Part shown: positions 42,486-56,979 of the stretch, one piece after another
How positions within the stretch are numbered: position 1 is the first letter of the stretch
Layout: each line of letters starts with the position of its first letter
Origin: Heteronotia binoei
Lineage: Eukaryota
Reading direction: 5' to 3'
DNA: 64,000 nt
Assembly (NCBI RefSeq): GCF_032191835.1
Contig: NC_083239.1
Span: forward strand, 24,242,001-24,306,000
Program-made: the position numbers and the translations under genes
Notes under the pieces: model-generated
Told to the model about the DNA's origin: nothing
The model's input: only the letters and a program-made list of their open reading frames with translations
The model's database searches: none

Positions 42486-45400
42486 GTCAAAAACATGCCC
42501 ATTGGGTCAAGCCCAGTCCCCTCCCTCCCTGAAAGCCCAGCAGCAGCCACAGCAGTTCTGTTTGCTTCCAGGAAAACCCACATAAGTATTAGTGATATCT
42601 CCCACAGTCACATACTCACAAGTGGCAAAGTGCTGTTAAGTCAGTTGTTTTGCTACACATCAATCTGTTGGGCACAGTTGCCACCCACTAGTATTCTCTG
42701 ACCTAGCCAAGTTAAGGCAAGCTAGGAATTTTCTTCAAACAGTAGTATGACAGAAACGGGTGTTCAATTTGCTAGCCGTTTGCCGTCTTCTTGCTGCCTT
42801 TCTTGAGATGCTTTCAAACATGTCAGATAATGCACTTGCAATATACTTTCCATGCACTTTAGTGATTGTTTGCAACTGGATTTTCCTGTTTTGTCTTTTC
42901 AGGGCACTTTAATGCTTGTTTGCAAAGAGATTTTCCCATTTCACAAAGGAAAATCAAGTTGCAAGCGATTGTTAAAGTGCATTATGCAGTTCATGAGAAA
43001 GCAGCTCAAGAAAGGCAGTAGTTGGATGGTGGGCAGCTAGCAAACAGAATGCTCATTTTGGTTGCACTACCTTTGAATACACTTTCAAGGCACTTTAGTG
43101 ATTTTCTGCATCTGGATTTTTCTGTTTTGCACTTTCAGGGTACTTGCAATTGCTGAAGTGCATCAAAAGTGCATTCTCCAATGTGTGTGAAAGCAGATTC
43201 TTCAGTGTGTTTTTCAGGCCCACTGTCATGGAACCAGGTGCGGTAAGGCATGATAAGTTACAGCAGTAAATTGCCTTTTCTTTTGCACACCATGCACAGG
43301 CTGTGCCTGCCACAAGTGAGAAGGGGAGGGGGGATGGAGGCTGTGCTCTTGCCTTCCCAGAATGCTCAAGGACAGTCTGGCAACAAACAGGCATTTGAAA
43401 GGGAGCCACGCGCCTGATATTTTGGTCTCCATCTCGCTGGAAGCCCTGACCTTCACCACTCCCTCATCCTTCCCAGCTATCAGAAGAGGCTCCTGTCCAA
43501 ATAGAAAGACTCAGCAAGTTTGGGATTCAGTTGGAGTCGAACCCAGATTAGTCCTGACTGTTGACAAGTCAGTGAGTCATCCAGGGTTTTCTCGGAGAAC
43601 CTCTGGCACCCTGCCGAGCTAGAGGCAGAAGGGTCGGTGGCAGTTTGAGCCTGAGGTCCCCTTTGGGCCACCTGCTGTCCTGCCTGTGAGTTCCCTGTTG
43701 AAGGCGGCCTGTCTCCATGGCTCCGAAACAGCTGCAGTTTTGCTCTCTGCTGTGCTGTGTTTCAAAAAGACACCCGCCATCCTGGTCGGCCGGCTCAGAC
43801 AGAAACCTCAGACAGTTTTCCTAGTCTCAGTAACAAAGCATTTTTCCAGGATGAGGTAAGCTGCTCTGGTTGCCAGAACCCCGCTCTCCATGAGGATTGC
43901 TTAAGATCCTAGGTGGGTTGTGGTGAGCGCAGGAGACACAGCGGTGTGCAAAAGGCAGGCAGCTGTGCAAAGCAGCTATCACTGAGTTCTGTGCAAAGCC
44001 AGCACTCACCCGTGGGTCCCCCTGAGTCGATGGGACAGCCCTGGAGGCCATGGTTGTGGCAGGATCAAGGGCAACTACCAAGCAGAAGGGAGGGGAGGAC
44101 AAAAAGGCGAAACCGTGAATAATGCAGATTTGCCTCTACAAGTTGAGACGCACGCATAAGAAACTGCCTTATACTGAGTCATATCCTCGGTTAGTGCTGC
44201 CAACCTCCAGGTGGGGCCTGGAGATCTCCCACTTTTACAGCTGATCTCCAGATGACAGAGATCAGTTCTCCTGGAGAAAATGGCCGCTTTGGAGGGTGGC
44301 ACCTATGGCATTATACCCCAATGAGGTCTCTCCCCTCCCCAAACTCCACCCCCTCCAGATATCCCCCAACCCTCAGTGTGTCAAGGTCAGTCTTGTCGAA
44401 AGCTAGCAGCGGTTCTCCAGGATCTCATGCTAAGATTTTCCACGTCACCTACTTTTCCACCCTGGAGATGCAGGGGATGACACCAGGGACCTTCTGCATG
44501 CAAAACAGAGGCTCTTCCACTGAGCCCAGGCAGCCTCTCCCAGGCCTAGAAAGGGACAAAGCAGCTCTTGATGGGGCATGAAGGCAGATGTGAAAATCCT
44601 CTGGTCTATTTTTTGTCACTGCTTGGAAAAGAATGGGAAGGCACCTCATGCCAGGAGGCAGAAAGGGCAGCCTGTAACACGTGTAAGACGTGGAGATGGA
44701 GGCCAGCCACCCGGGGCGTTCGGGAAACCCATGTGACTGGACACAAGGGGGACCCCTATTCTGCAGCTTGTATTATTAGTCTGGAGATGCCGAACATACA
44801 ACGAGAGCAGAGACCTTGAGGCAACAGCTGCTCTTGTATCACACACGAAGTGAAAGCTGCAAGATGGGTCAGTTATGCAAGGGAAAAGGGATGCCTGCAG
44901 AAGGCAGAGCCATTCCAATTTGAAGGTAACCTTTTCCCAGGCATCTTTTAAAGGGCTGCTTCATTGGACCAAGCGCCCACAGGAGAAACAGTTTAAGGCT
45001 TGCTGCACACACAGATCCGTTCTCGAAGTCTCTGGTTCACCTCACAATACCCACAAATTCTCCAAGAACACACTGAAAAGAAACAACGCACAGGGCTAAC
45101 TGGCTACTTGCAAGCCGTTCTGCATGGGGAGGGGGGCATGGCTAAGTGGTTAGACCATCTGCTTGAAATGCAGGTCCCAGGTTCAATCCGACATCTTCAG
45201 TTAAAGGATCAGGTAATAGGTGGGTTGAAAAGCCTTTGTCTGAGACCCTGGAGAGTCACTGCCAGTCTTAGAAGACAAAATTGACCCCTGGCCTGATTCC
45301 ATGTAAGGCAGTCCTTTCCTAACCATAGTGCCATAGGTGGGCAACAAGGTGTGCCCCAGGTCTCTGGCAAGTGGTTGGGATTCTATCTGGGGAGCTCAGA

Positions 45401-45862
45401 ACTGCTCAGTGCCGGAGAAAGCCCAGGCATAGCCCTTCTTCAGCCGCTGGAGGTGGAAGTGCCATCAAGTTGCGGCCAATATATGGTGACTCCATTGGGT
45501 TTTGATGGCTCTGTCCCCAAAGGGTCTTTGGGTTGAGACTTGGAGGCACTGATTTGGGGGATCTGATGCATGAACTTTACATCTCATCTGTGTCAATCCC
45601 CACAAATCCATACCAGCAAATTATTCCCACCATTTTGCAAAAACTTTCAGAGCAGAAAATTATGCATGAGTGTATTTTGTCTGCTTAAGAGCCTGCATGT
45701 TCTTGCCCATGATCTGAGGGACTCTCTTGTAGGTAAAATCTAGCTGATCTCAGAAGCATGTAGTGGGGACTGATGTGAGGGCTTTCCTGCTAGTCGTTGA
45801 GGAACATCCCAGGGATCTGTAGGCCATCACAAGGCTTTCAACATCTATTAAAAACTCATTTA

Positions 45863-45999
45863 GGCTGCAAACACACACACTAAATAATACACTTTCAGTG
45901 CACTTTCCAACTGAATTTTACTGTGTGAACTGGCAAAATCCAGTTGGAAAGTGCATTGAAACTGGACTGAAAGTGCATTTAGTGTGTGTGATTGCAGAC
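45863..45999. mobile_element. Harbinger-like palindromic MITE
   Basis: Inverted arms; TTA duplication at 45860-45862 and 46000-46002. Confidence 0.65.
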
Positions 46000-47729
46000 T
46001 TATTCTTGAAGGCCTTTTCAACTAAGCTTTTTACATATTTTCACTAAGTTGGTTGATGTAGTCAGCTTTAAAGTGATTTCTCTCATTTTATGTATTTTTT
46101 ATCATTGCATTATAGCAGACTAAATAAACAAGCCCAAGCTTAGATGCTAAGCAAAGTTGGCCATGGTCTGTACTTGGATGGGAGACTACCAAGGAATACC
46201 AGGCTTGCTATGCAGAGGAAGGCAAACCGTGCAGTTAACTTTTGCACCTTCAGAACCTCAAGGATATAGTTATCGTCTGTAACTCACAAGCAAACTGTTA
46301 AGCCCCCTGGGACTCAGACTCTCACATTCAGCTCACAAAAGCTCATACCTTGAATTAAACTTTGTTGATCTTAAAGGTGCCACTGGACTCTAACTTTATT
46401 CAGCCTCCTGTTATTACAAAAGAGCACTCCACATTTCCAAAGGAGAGGTGCCATTGCCTAAAGGCACATCACATGGAGTGTCCCCCTCACTCACTCATAC
46501 ACACACACACTTCATTACAGTACAAAAGCTTCCTGCCAACTCTTGCTGGCTCTGAAGGTCATTGACTTGCTTGTCTTACAGCCTTTGAGAGCCATAATGG
46601 GATGTCCAAGAATTTGGCAACGTTTCCCTTCCTTCAAAGGGCAACAGGGTGATATCAGATCTCCAGGTCCTCTTGTTTCCAAAAGGGTACCCTCAAAATA
46701 GGTTATTCCTCATGCAATTTTTGTTTGTTTGTTTTATCTTTAGAGACACAGCAGCAAAAGTATAGAATATCCAGCCCTAGTTCCACAGCTTGGCTGCTGT
46801 AGTTGAGGGCAGCCTTGTAAAATGCACACATGCTCACTCCAGAAGCGATCTTTCCAGTTTCACCAAATTGAGAGTCAGATCAGACTAGCTGCTAGCCCTG
46901 GGCTTGTCCCAAAGAGAGTGGCTTGTCAGTAGCAACTAACTTTTTTGTCTGAGGAACCTCTTAGGTGCCAACAAGCTCAGCTGGCCAGGATCTCTGCAAA
47001 AACCCAGTGGAAGGTTCTTAAGCAAAGGAAAAGGCAACAGTCAGAATCCACATTCATAGGTAGTTATCTCGGTGCCAGGAGGTGACATGAGGGGAAGGCC
47101 TCAGCCCCGTCATAGGCTGTCCAGAGGAACTGGTTGGCCACTGTGTGAGAAAGGATGCTGGACAAGATGGACCACTGGCCTGATCTAGCAGGGCTCTTCT
47201 TATGTTCTTATCCAGTCATGGAACATCCACTCTATCTGGGGCCACACTTCCTTTTAGCTGCTGCTCAGAGGTTAGCAGGGCCCAACGGTGGGCAAAGGAG
47301 GTTGAGGTTATGGCCCTGTTACTTCAAAGATGGCTTTCTCCCTGTCTACAATCTCTGCAGCCTGCCCTCTCAAAAGACAAAGTAACTGCAAGGCAGGTGT
47401 TTATTTTATTTTACTTCATTTATAGACATGAAGCTGCCTTCTACTGAACCAGACCACTAGTCCATCAAGGTCAGTAGGGTTTCCTCAGACTGGCAGCAGA
47501 TCTCCAAGGTCTCAGACAGAGGTCGTTCACTTCACCTTCCACATACTGTAGATTGCAGGGACTGAACCTGGGACCTCCTCCACGCCAAGCGGATGCTCTA
47601 CCTCTTAGACACAGCTCCTCTCCCCATCTTTCACCCCAATGGGGACCCCCAAAGTGGCTCATGTCATTCTTCTCTCCTCCATTTTACATCACCAAAGGAG
47701 GCCTCCAGTTCCAGACTGCCTAGGATTCT

Positions 47730-48180
47730 GTTTGGTGTAGTGGTTAAAAGTACAGACTCTAATCTGGGAGAACTCGGTTTGATTCTTCACTCCTCCACAT
47801 GCAGCTGCTGGTGTTACCCTGGGTCAGTCACAAGTTCTCTCAGAGCTGTTCTTGAAAAAGCTCTCTCAGCCCCACCACTGTTCTCTCAAAGCTGAGTTAG
47901 TGTGAGCTAACTCACAGTTTTTTAGCCTCCAGCTCACACATTTTTGTCTTAGCTCAGAAAAAATGGTCGCAGAACAATCTAATTTATGCAATAGCTCACA
48001 ACTTTAATGCCAGTAGCTAACGAAGTAGAATATTTGCTCACCAGACTCCACAGCTTAGAGGGAGTACTGAGCTCCACCTACCTCACAGGGTGACTGTTGT
48101 GAGGAGGGGAAGGGAAGGGAGATGATAAACTGTTCTGAGACTCCGAGAGGGGTATAAATCCAGTCTCTTCTCTTCTTCTT
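47730..48180 (+). mobile_element. tRNA-derived SINE split by a hAT MITE (47876-48069)
   Basis: SINE head GGTGTAGTGGTTAA...; inner element with CA(C/G)TGTTC..CTC.AAGCTG TIRs and TSD AGCCCCAC/AGCTCCAC. Confidence 0.75.
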
Positions 48181-49974
48181 GTAGTGGTTTTCCCATTTTG
48201 CTACTCTTCATCCAATCAATGATGATGATGATTTTATTTAATTTCTAGCCCACCCTCCCTGCCCAGCAGGCTCAGAGCAGGTTATAACACTCTTAAGACA
48301 TACAAAAAGTTACAATATAAAACAGTCCTTAAAAATCTATCAGTTACTAAACAATACTAATACAAGCAGCATTAAGTGACATCAGCCGCTTAATCTAATG
48401 AGTCGAAGAAGACTATGGTTATGTGTAGTCGTAGATGGAATAGGTCAAGGTGAGGAGGTGAGGTGAGCAGCAATGAAGGACTAAAATAAAGCAGCTAAAA
48501 CAAAACAGGGGAGGTCATTGTAGATAAGTTAAGGCCACCTCAGCTACAGGTCTGGCACAACATATCCACTTTACAGGCCCTGCAGAACTGCATTAAATCC
48601 TGTAGGGCCTAGATTTCATGAAGGAGAGATGTCCACCTGGCCAGCGCCAGAGCTGAAAAGGCTCTGTCTCTGGTCAAAGCTGAGCATACATCTTTTGATC
48701 ACCAGTAGATGTCAGTCAGAGGAGCCCTTTTGGCTATATCAGGAGAGATGGTCCTGCAGATATGTTGGTCCCAGTCCGCATAGGGCTTTAAATACCCATC
48801 ACTTGTAACAGAATCTGTGCTAAAGGACATCCTACGTTCAAAGCTGGGGGGCTCCCCCAAAGCCCAACAGGGGTCCTGTATGTAGGAAGGGGATCTTAAT
48901 GGGAGGAAGTTAAAATCCATTGTTGCAAACCTGACACAAAGCCACATTTCCTTGTGATTCACCACCAAAGGCCTGATCTCTGCCAGACAGACAAGAGGAA
49001 GTCCCTCCTCCTCCTCTGCACAGCTGGCATGAGCAGATGCTGCACACAGAATCACCTCCCCCCTTCCCAGCTCCTTCCGGAAGCTGTGGAAAGAGGCCAG
49101 ACAAAAAACAGGGGCAGACTTCTCCTTTTCCGGTCACGAGTCATCCAGCTGCCCCTCCAAAAAGCTAAAATAGTCCTTGAAAAAGCAAATCAAAGGAAAT
49201 GTTCATTTAACACATCTGCAGACTCTGGAAACTTGTTATTCAGATAAGAGGTGAGCTTTCAAAAGAAAATATTATCAGGCTTCTTTTAAAATTTAAGAGT
49301 TCTCTGGAACAGCAAAAACGAACAAATAATTTTTTCAAAATGACTACAGATACTTTTTGAAGACCACACGACAACAACGGAATTCATTTGACAAACAGAG
49401 AAGCAAAAGGCAGAGATTAACATCTGGAGAGACAAGAATCCTAACATCAAAGTAGCAATGACACTGGTGCTCTCCCTTAAAAGGGAAAGAAAGGCTTTTT
49501 GCCAGCTCTTATGCATACACTTTTAGAGGGGTTTAAGCAATTCGGCTCTCAAGAATACCATCTAGAGCCCATTTCATTTAATTTTAGACCTACATCCATC
49601 TTTGGTTTGGAAACCAAGCAGAGTAAGAAGTTGCATACTGGTTGCAGGAATGGATTGATGAACACCAGGCCTTTTTTGGGGGGGGGGGAGAAAACGCCTA
49701 GCAGGAACTCATTTGCATATTAGGCCACACCCCCTGGTGCCAAGCTAGCCGGAATTGCATTCTTGCTCAAAAAAAGCCCTGATGAACACAAAAAATTAAG
49801 GGGGAGTTCTAATGGCTATGTTGATTTCACATCTATTTGCTACTAGTGCCCTTCACTCACTGGCTTGCTTTCAAAGAGAAGCAACTTCCCAACTTTGTAG
49901 CTCCCACATACACATACACACCAGGAAGAAGCATGATGCCATTTCACAGCATATAAATCCTTAATGTTCGGGTG

Positions 49975-50140
49975 TAAGCCCAGCCTTGACAGATCTTGGA
50001 AGCTAAGCAGGGTTGTCCCTGGTCAGTACTTAGAAAGGAGGCCATCAAGAAATACCAGGGTTGTGATGCGAAGCCAGGCAATGGCAAACCACCTCTGAAT
50101 GTCTCTTGACTTTAGAACCCCATGGCACCACCACAGTGTG
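49975..50140 (+). mobile_element. 5S-rRNA-derived SINE (other copies ~13945-14125, ~27125-27240, ~46130-46290; minus-strand ~61670-61760, ~63610-63795)
   Basis: Degenerate GATCTTGGAAGCTAAGCAGGG...GTACTT.GA.GGGAG 5S head fused to an unrelated tail (GGCAATGGCAAACCACCTCT). Confidence 0.65.
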
Positions 50141-50599
50141 ACTTGAGGCATATAAATAGATAAATCCAGGTGAATATACACAACTACTAAACAATCAACT
50201 AGGGCCCCACTTCAATTTGCTGGGCTGGAGATGGTCAAAGGCGGATGAGGCACACATTTCAGCCTTCAAAAGGAGCCTTCAGCAGGGAGAAAGCCCCCAC
50301 CCCACCCATCTGCCAAAAGGAGCAAATGCAAAGCTGGAGATGAGAGAGGTTGATAACATTAGCTGTCCTGCAAACCTAGCAACTCCTCTCTGCCAGGGAA
50401 TTTCATGGGGAGGCAGGGCTCACCCTACCAGCAGGGAGGGTAAAGCAACTTGCCCCAGGGTGCAAATTTTGGGGTGCGATAAAAGCTGTCAGGTTGAGTT
50501 TATGATTATATCCTTTCACCTGCCCCGAGGAAGGCAGCTGCTTCTTTTGTCTCAAGCACCACAATGCCAAAGGGAGAGAAAAGGAGTCAAGGCAGCGCC

Positions 50600-51900
50600 A
50601 GGGCTCCGGCTTGCGGTCTTATTTCCTAATGGTAGGTTTGATTCACCTTTGCTGGAGAAAGAGGGGGGCCGGAGGAAAGACTGTCGGGGGGCAAGTCACT
50701 TTCTGGACTGCTCCCATAAAAGCAGCCCGGCAAGCGCGGAGAGACGCTGGCTTCCTCCCTGCTCCGCCACCGGGTCTCATCTTTGAAGGCAAAGGAGCGT
50801 TTCAAAGGTGGACTCTACCACCACCCTTGGTTTGAAGGGGAGGAAGCCCCTTCCCAAGGCCCCCTAGACTTCTAAGCCCGGCGCCTCAAACGACCATTTG
50901 GGTCCATTTCCCAGCAAAGGCCGAATTCGACTCAGAGGCGCATTCACACGTGCGTGGGGGAGGCAGTCTTGACGGCCTCGTTTGCACACAGTTTCTGGAG
51001 ACTAGTCCCCCCCCCCCCCGAAATAATTAGTAGCGCCTTGCTACGCTTTTCCAGCAGGCGGGAGTCCCACAAGAGCAGTTACAGCAGCAGCGAGAAAGGG
51101 GTACGGCCGTCCGGGTAGCGCCCAGCCCGAGAGCCAGGGGAGCCGCCCCCCCCCCCCCCGCCGGCCGAGCGTCCGGATCGAGCCTCCCTCGCCACCTCTT
51201 TTGCTCCCGCGCCTGGCAGGAGGAGGCTTCGCTCCTCGCTGGCCCCCTCCCTCCAGCGTCCGGCCCTGCTGCTTTCTGCCCAAGAGCCGACCCAAACCCC
51301 TCGGGAGGCGGGGCACGGCGGCCCGGGAGAAACTTCCGACGACTCGCAAAGCGGCTTCCCTCTCCATTTAGCCGGGCCGGGAGGGGGAAAGCCAGCCGAG
51401 CGCTCGGAGCCAAGGGCGGCCAAGGAGCTCCTTCCCCCGCGACGCCTCGCCCACCTGCCGCGCCCCGTCGGCGCTCCGCTTGTGCCCGGCTCCTGGCGGT
51501 TGCTCGCGGCTCTCGCCTTCCCTCCAGCCCGCCAGGCTGCCCGAGTCGGAGTGGCCGCGCCCTCCGTCTGCCCGGCCCTCGCGAGGGCGGAGCTGCTGCC
51601 CACGAGGGGACCTGCCTGCCCGGCTGGGCGCGCTGGAGGGGAAGCCGGCGCGCTTTCCCTACTTGTGCGACGAGAGTCCTGATCGCAAAACAGGCTCGAC
51701 TCTTCCATGCAGCTTTTTAGAAAGGCCCCGGGTTGGCCTGTCGGGGCACACTCGCGTTCCGACGTGCCTGCCGGGAACACTACTCGCCAGGAGACAACAG
51801 AGAGGGCGGGGCGGGGCTGGCCGCTAAAGACGAGAGTTTGCCTAGGTGGCTTTGTGCTGCGCTTGCCTGCCGTTAGAACAAGTAACCCTTGGAAAGGGCC
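50600..51900 (-). promoter_or_regulatory. FHL3: CpG island: probable FHL3 promoter and non-coding first exon
   Basis: Very GC/CpG-rich with GC boxes (e.g. GGGGCGGGGC near 51807). The FHL3 ATG exon begins with an acceptor (before 36062), so an upstream exon is required. Candidate donor CAG|GTGGGC after 51455. Exact exon bounds are inference. Confidence 0.65.
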
Positions 51901-54541
51901 GGTATCTCGGAGTCTATCTGCTAGACAGCCTGGGCGGGCCAGACACCTGTGTCAACTGGGAGAGGGTGGTTGCCAACTGTAGGTTGGGAAATTTCTGGAG
52001 ATTTGGGGACAGACACTTCTGGGGAAGGGAAGGAGCTCAGCAGGGATGTGATGCTATAGAACCCACCTTCCAAAATTGTCATTCTCTTCCAGGGAACTGA
52101 TCTCTGTCGTCTGGAGATCTGTTGTAATTTTAGCACATCTCCGGGCCCCACCTGGAGGCTGGCAACCCTAGGTGGAACAGGCCAGAGTTCCAGTTGGGTG
52201 CTCTTCCTGGCTTGCTGTGCAATACAACCACTGCCCAAGCAAGAAGGGCTGGGCCAGCAGCCCTCATATGTGGGCATCAGGCTCATGGCTGCCACCTCCA
52301 TTGGCCCGAGATCAGGTGTAGTGGAAACATCCTGGTTCTCAGTCTCAGAAGGTACCTCATTGCTAGGTAATACTTATTTAATTCATTTATGCCTCCCTCT
52401 TTCTCTCCAGTGGAGCAGAAAGCGATCTGGAACCTCTGCAGTTCCTGTGTTAGCAAAGATTCCTGTTCAGGGGGTTGGGAAAAGGAGCCATGTCAAGCTC
52501 CCAGCACAGAGCACAAAGGCAAAGCAGGACAGTAGTTGACACCAAATGGACAGAGAGAAGGTCCTGGGCTCAAATCTGAATGAACATCATGTATTCTTTT
52601 CCTCTCAAGGCAAAATAACCTTGGGGTACAAGGACTCTCCCAAGGGAAGATTATAAATTCTCAGGGCTGAGAAGCCCAGCCAATTGCATCTTGCTTTTCA
52701 CTCAGGTGGCATAAGCCATGAAGGACTCAACCTTTACTTAGGGCCAACTTGCTGTCTTGGCCAGAGACATTGGGAGAAGTCCAAGCAACAAAAAGTAAAA
52801 TATAACTGAACTACTGCAACTTCAGGTAAAACTGGAGATGGAAAATACTGTCAAGTCCCAGCCAATTTATAGTGGCCTCTGATAGTTTTCATGGCAAGAG
52901 ACAGAGGTGGTTTGGCATTGCCTGCCTCTGGCTGGTTCCAGACTGGCAGCTTGAAGTGCATGGGAGGTGTCCCAAATCAGGCCGGCTCAAAATGGAGCAG
53001 TGGAAGCCTGTCCACATGCTCCCCCTGCTAAGTGCCCATCTCCCACGCGGGAGGGGCTTTGGCATGGTCAGATGGCTGTAGTGCAAAATTCTCTTGGCAG
53101 GGTTTGGGTTTCTTTTTTTTCCATACTGGTGAGCGCCTAGAGTGGATTGGCAGGTTCACACCACCAATCCGCCTCCATGCACTTCCTCATCCAGATGCTG
53201 AAGAGGCAAATGGTGTACAGCTCAGAAATTTGCTACCACTTTGAGCTGCTTTGAGAACGCCGGAGGACAGAGTGAGTACAGGATTCGGGCAGAAGGCAGA
53301 TGTGGCTTTTCTGATCTGTTTCCGAGCCATCCCTGGGTTGCCTTAAACTGCCAGTCTGGAACCAGTGTCTGTGTTGCCACCCTGGATGTCCTTGGAAGAC
53401 TCTCATCCAAGTACTCACCTTGACCAACCTTGATTAGTTTCTGAGACCTCATTGTGTTAGCCTGGGCCATCCAGGCCAGGAGGACCCAGGTAAAACTAGC
53501 CTGCTCTATTTAAACATTATTGAGAATAAGTTCCAAGTATAAAGAAAGGGAACTGCATAATTCAACTTTTCTTTGTACCCTTGTTCAGCCAGATGCACAA
53601 ACAGATCACCGTGATCGGATCATGTATACTCTTTTTGTTTATTAAACTTCCTGACTTGCTCTAAGCCTGGCCTCTGGAAATGCACCATCTTTACTCAGTA
53701 TTATATGAAGTGTGGTAATGGGGAGGGACTCGCCACCCCTGGAGTACAATAGCGTGGAGCTGTGATAGACTGCTCTTCTTGTAGCTTGGAGGGATGTAGC
53801 AGGAGGCACGGCAATGAGGCGGAGACCCTAAACAGCAGTGCAGTAACAGACTGCTAGAGATATGATTCTGTTTAAAAATATATAGTTTCGGGATCACTGT
53901 TTCTGGCAAACATAGGGAGTGAGGCGAAAGGGTATCATTGCCAAGCGGATACCTGGGACAGCTGCAAGATTTTTATGACCTCTCAGGGATCACCCAGAGG
54001 AAATGTGTGTCCATTCCTGCACAATGATATTCCCTCCTACACATTGGTATGGCTGCTCAGGAGCTACAGCCTTTGTGTCCCAGGGATTCAGCCTCACCCC
54101 TGCTTGTTCTGTGCATCTCTCAAGTTTGAATCCTTTGCTGCCCTCTCTCGGCAGCCCTGGGTATCACACTGCCAAAATCAGGTTTTTTTGGCCACTGTAG
54201 AGTGTTGGACTGGATGGGCCATTGACCTGATCCAACATGGCTTCTCTGATGTTCTTATGTTGGCTCCCTGTTGAAGAACTAACAGCATGACTCAAGATAC
54301 CATCCTAAACTGTGTCCCCAAATAGCTTAAATAGGAGAGTTAACTGAAGCCCCATATTTTAGAGTTACTCGAGCACTGACAGAATTGGGTGGCATCAAGG
54401 GTGTGTCATGGGCTCTAGCCTAGCCCTTGCATTGCTGCACAGCACACAACAGTTGTTTGGCCCACAGTTTTTTTTGTCATAACCACTCTGCCTGTGGCCC
54501 TGCATTTAGTTAGTGCAGCTTGCAAAGGCTTGGGAAGGGTA

Positions 54542-54567
54542 TGTGTGTGTGTGTGTGTGTGTGTGTG
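54542..54567. repeat. (TG)n microsatellite
   Basis: About 13 TG units. Confidence 0.9.
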
Positions 54568-56636
54568 AAGAGAGGTGACAACCCTGTTCCTCTGGCTTGC
54601 TTTCAGTTGCTGATGCTGTTCAATGACCATGGTGTCTGACTGGGGTCTACCATATGGGAATTGATTCCCTCACCTGCTTGGTGTCGACCTTGGCTGTCTT
54701 CAGCAAGCCGCTGATGTTGAGGGAAGAGAGGACCCATTCCATTGGCTCCAGCTGTCTTTGGGTTCCATACACCCCACCCCAAGTCCTGGTCTGTGGCTTA
54801 TCAGATCCAAGGAACCTTCTCCTCCCCACCCAAGTAGCAGCATGCTGAAGACCAGCACAGCGGTCCCTGCCTTGTACGTACAATGACTGAGACAGCTGTA
54901 CCAGTCAATGGAGCATGTAAACAAAGGCGTGTGTGTGTCTTGCTGAAATGAGATGGCAACTCCATCCAGTTCGTTTTCAATACTGAACATTTGAAACTGT
55001 TATACTGAATCAGAGCCTTGGCCATCAGTATTGTCTACTAAGACTGGTAGCAGCTCTCTAGGGTCACAGGCAGGGGTTTTTCACATCACTTACTGCCTGG
55101 CCCTTTTTAAGCTGGAGATGCTAGGGACTGAACTTGGAACCTTCTGCTTGCAAGGCAGATATTTTACTGCTAAGCTACAGTCTCTTGATGCTGCTCAATA
55201 AATGTCGTTTGCTCTTCTGCTATGTCTCTCTTTGCCTGGGGTCCCACTCCCTGCTCCCTCCTAACCTCAGATGTCTTTAGCACAGACGTCATGCTGGGAG
55301 AGGGCTGAGGGTGTGGCAAGAGGCACAGATAAGGGGGAGGGGAACTGTCTCCAGGCCACACATTCCCCCAGATCACTGCTGGTGTCTAAGCCAGGCAGTC
55401 TGATTGGGGGGTGGGGGGGGGGGAGGGCGAAGATTTCTGGGGCAAATGGGAGTGGATGGTGGTTATGAAACTCAAGTATAGGAGGAAGATGGCTGTTTTG
55501 GGGGGGGGGGTGCTGGCCAAAAGGATGGGCAACCAATCATCATTAGCGGCCTACTCTGTGATTCGGTTTGGCAGGGCAAAATGTCAGCTTTGCTTGGAAC
55601 CCTGACCCAGGTTCCTGGCTCTCTTTCCCTATGCTGACTTGGAACCCTGGCTCTCTTTCCCTATGACAGCCAATCTGTGCTTTTTGCCCCTGCAGTGCCT
55701 TTTCCTGCAGTTTTCCCTTATATGGCTGGTCCACATGCCATGAAGGGTTGCAAACCTTCAGGTGGGGCCTGGAATTCTTCTGAAACTACAGATATTTGTT
55801 CATCTGCAGGAAATGGTAGTTTCAGAGGGCAGACTCTATGGTATATCAGAGTTTAGGAGCAATAGAAGCCCTAGAATGACACCATGTCCCTCCACTGTGC
55901 TTCCTTTTCTCCTAAAAGTCTATGTTCCCTAGATACTATCTCCCAAATCTCCATGAATTTTTCAATACAATGTTGGCCCTGTTTCACACGGTGCTGCTCC
56001 CAGCTTCTGCCTGGTTTGGTTGCCTGGTAAAAGTCAGGTAATTCTCAGCCAGAATCCTTGAGCGAGTAACTGTTGGGCTACTATACAGCCTCATGTTTGC
56101 TGAAGGAGTGTCTTACTGCTACTGCTGCCAAGATGAGAGTTGAATCCACATCCATAGAGCTCTGTCTGGCCATGTTGCAGTGCTCCCTCCAGACACTCAA
56201 GAGGAACCTGTCTGACACAAGGGAGCCATCAGCCTGGGCTGGCAGCCCCATGTCTGTCTCCCCTAAGGCACCTGCTTTGAAAACCACGTTTTATAAGCCT
56301 GTCTAGGCCTTGGGTAATTTCCGTTTTGAACTGTGACACACTTATTCAGCTTGGTGAACTCTGCCCAGATTTTTAAAGAATAGATATCTGTGTTGTGCCT
56401 TAAGGTCGGGATGCCTACCTTGCTTTGCTGGAATTGGTTACACCCATCCTGCTGGGCTGCGACTCTAAACTGGCTTGGGATGTTATGAGAACTGACTTTG
56501 CTTCCAAAAATGATGGACTAGAGCCCTGCAGGCAGAGAAGCTGAAAACCATGCCAGCTTTGCTTTTTCCATGCTTGCTCCTTGCCTGCTATCTTAAAAAG
56601 AAAACGTATAAAAAGGACCCGTTGCTCTCAGACCAC

Positions 56637-56793
56637 GACCGGTTTCACACTAGACCTTTAATCCTAGTTTAGCCCTGTCCCCAAACTGACATTCTGCTCT
56701 AGAATTATAGAAACCAACTCTGTGACTTTAGTGTAGAATGTCAGCTTGGGGACAGTGCTAGACCAGGATTAACGGTCTGGTGCGAAATTGGTC
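56637..56793. mobile_element. Harbinger-like palindromic MITE upstream of UTP11
   Basis: GACCGGTTTCACAC...GTGCGAAATTGGTC termini, 3-bp CAC duplication. Confidence 0.65.
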
Positions 56794-56979
56794 CACTTTT
56801 ATTTTCTGCCTGAGAGTTCATTTGCATTAGAATTATTCCGCTTTTCTGGCAAATGAATGGGCTGTTTAAGCAACTGGGTGACTAGCAACAGTTGACCCCC
56901 GCCCCCCCCCCCCCTTAATCCTAAACTACCATGTCTCCCCAAAAAGAATAGACTAGTAATTGCCACCTATGCCTCTAGG

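Noticed and set aside
49975-50060. 5S rRNA-like sequence
   Set aside because: It is partial, diverged and fused to a SINE tail, with several dispersed copies.
51027-51827. Several long ORFs (e.g. 233 aa at 51079..51780) in the FHL3 CpG island
   Set aside because: Low-complexity Arg/Gly/Ala/Pro translations in many frames are typical of stop-poor CpG islands.
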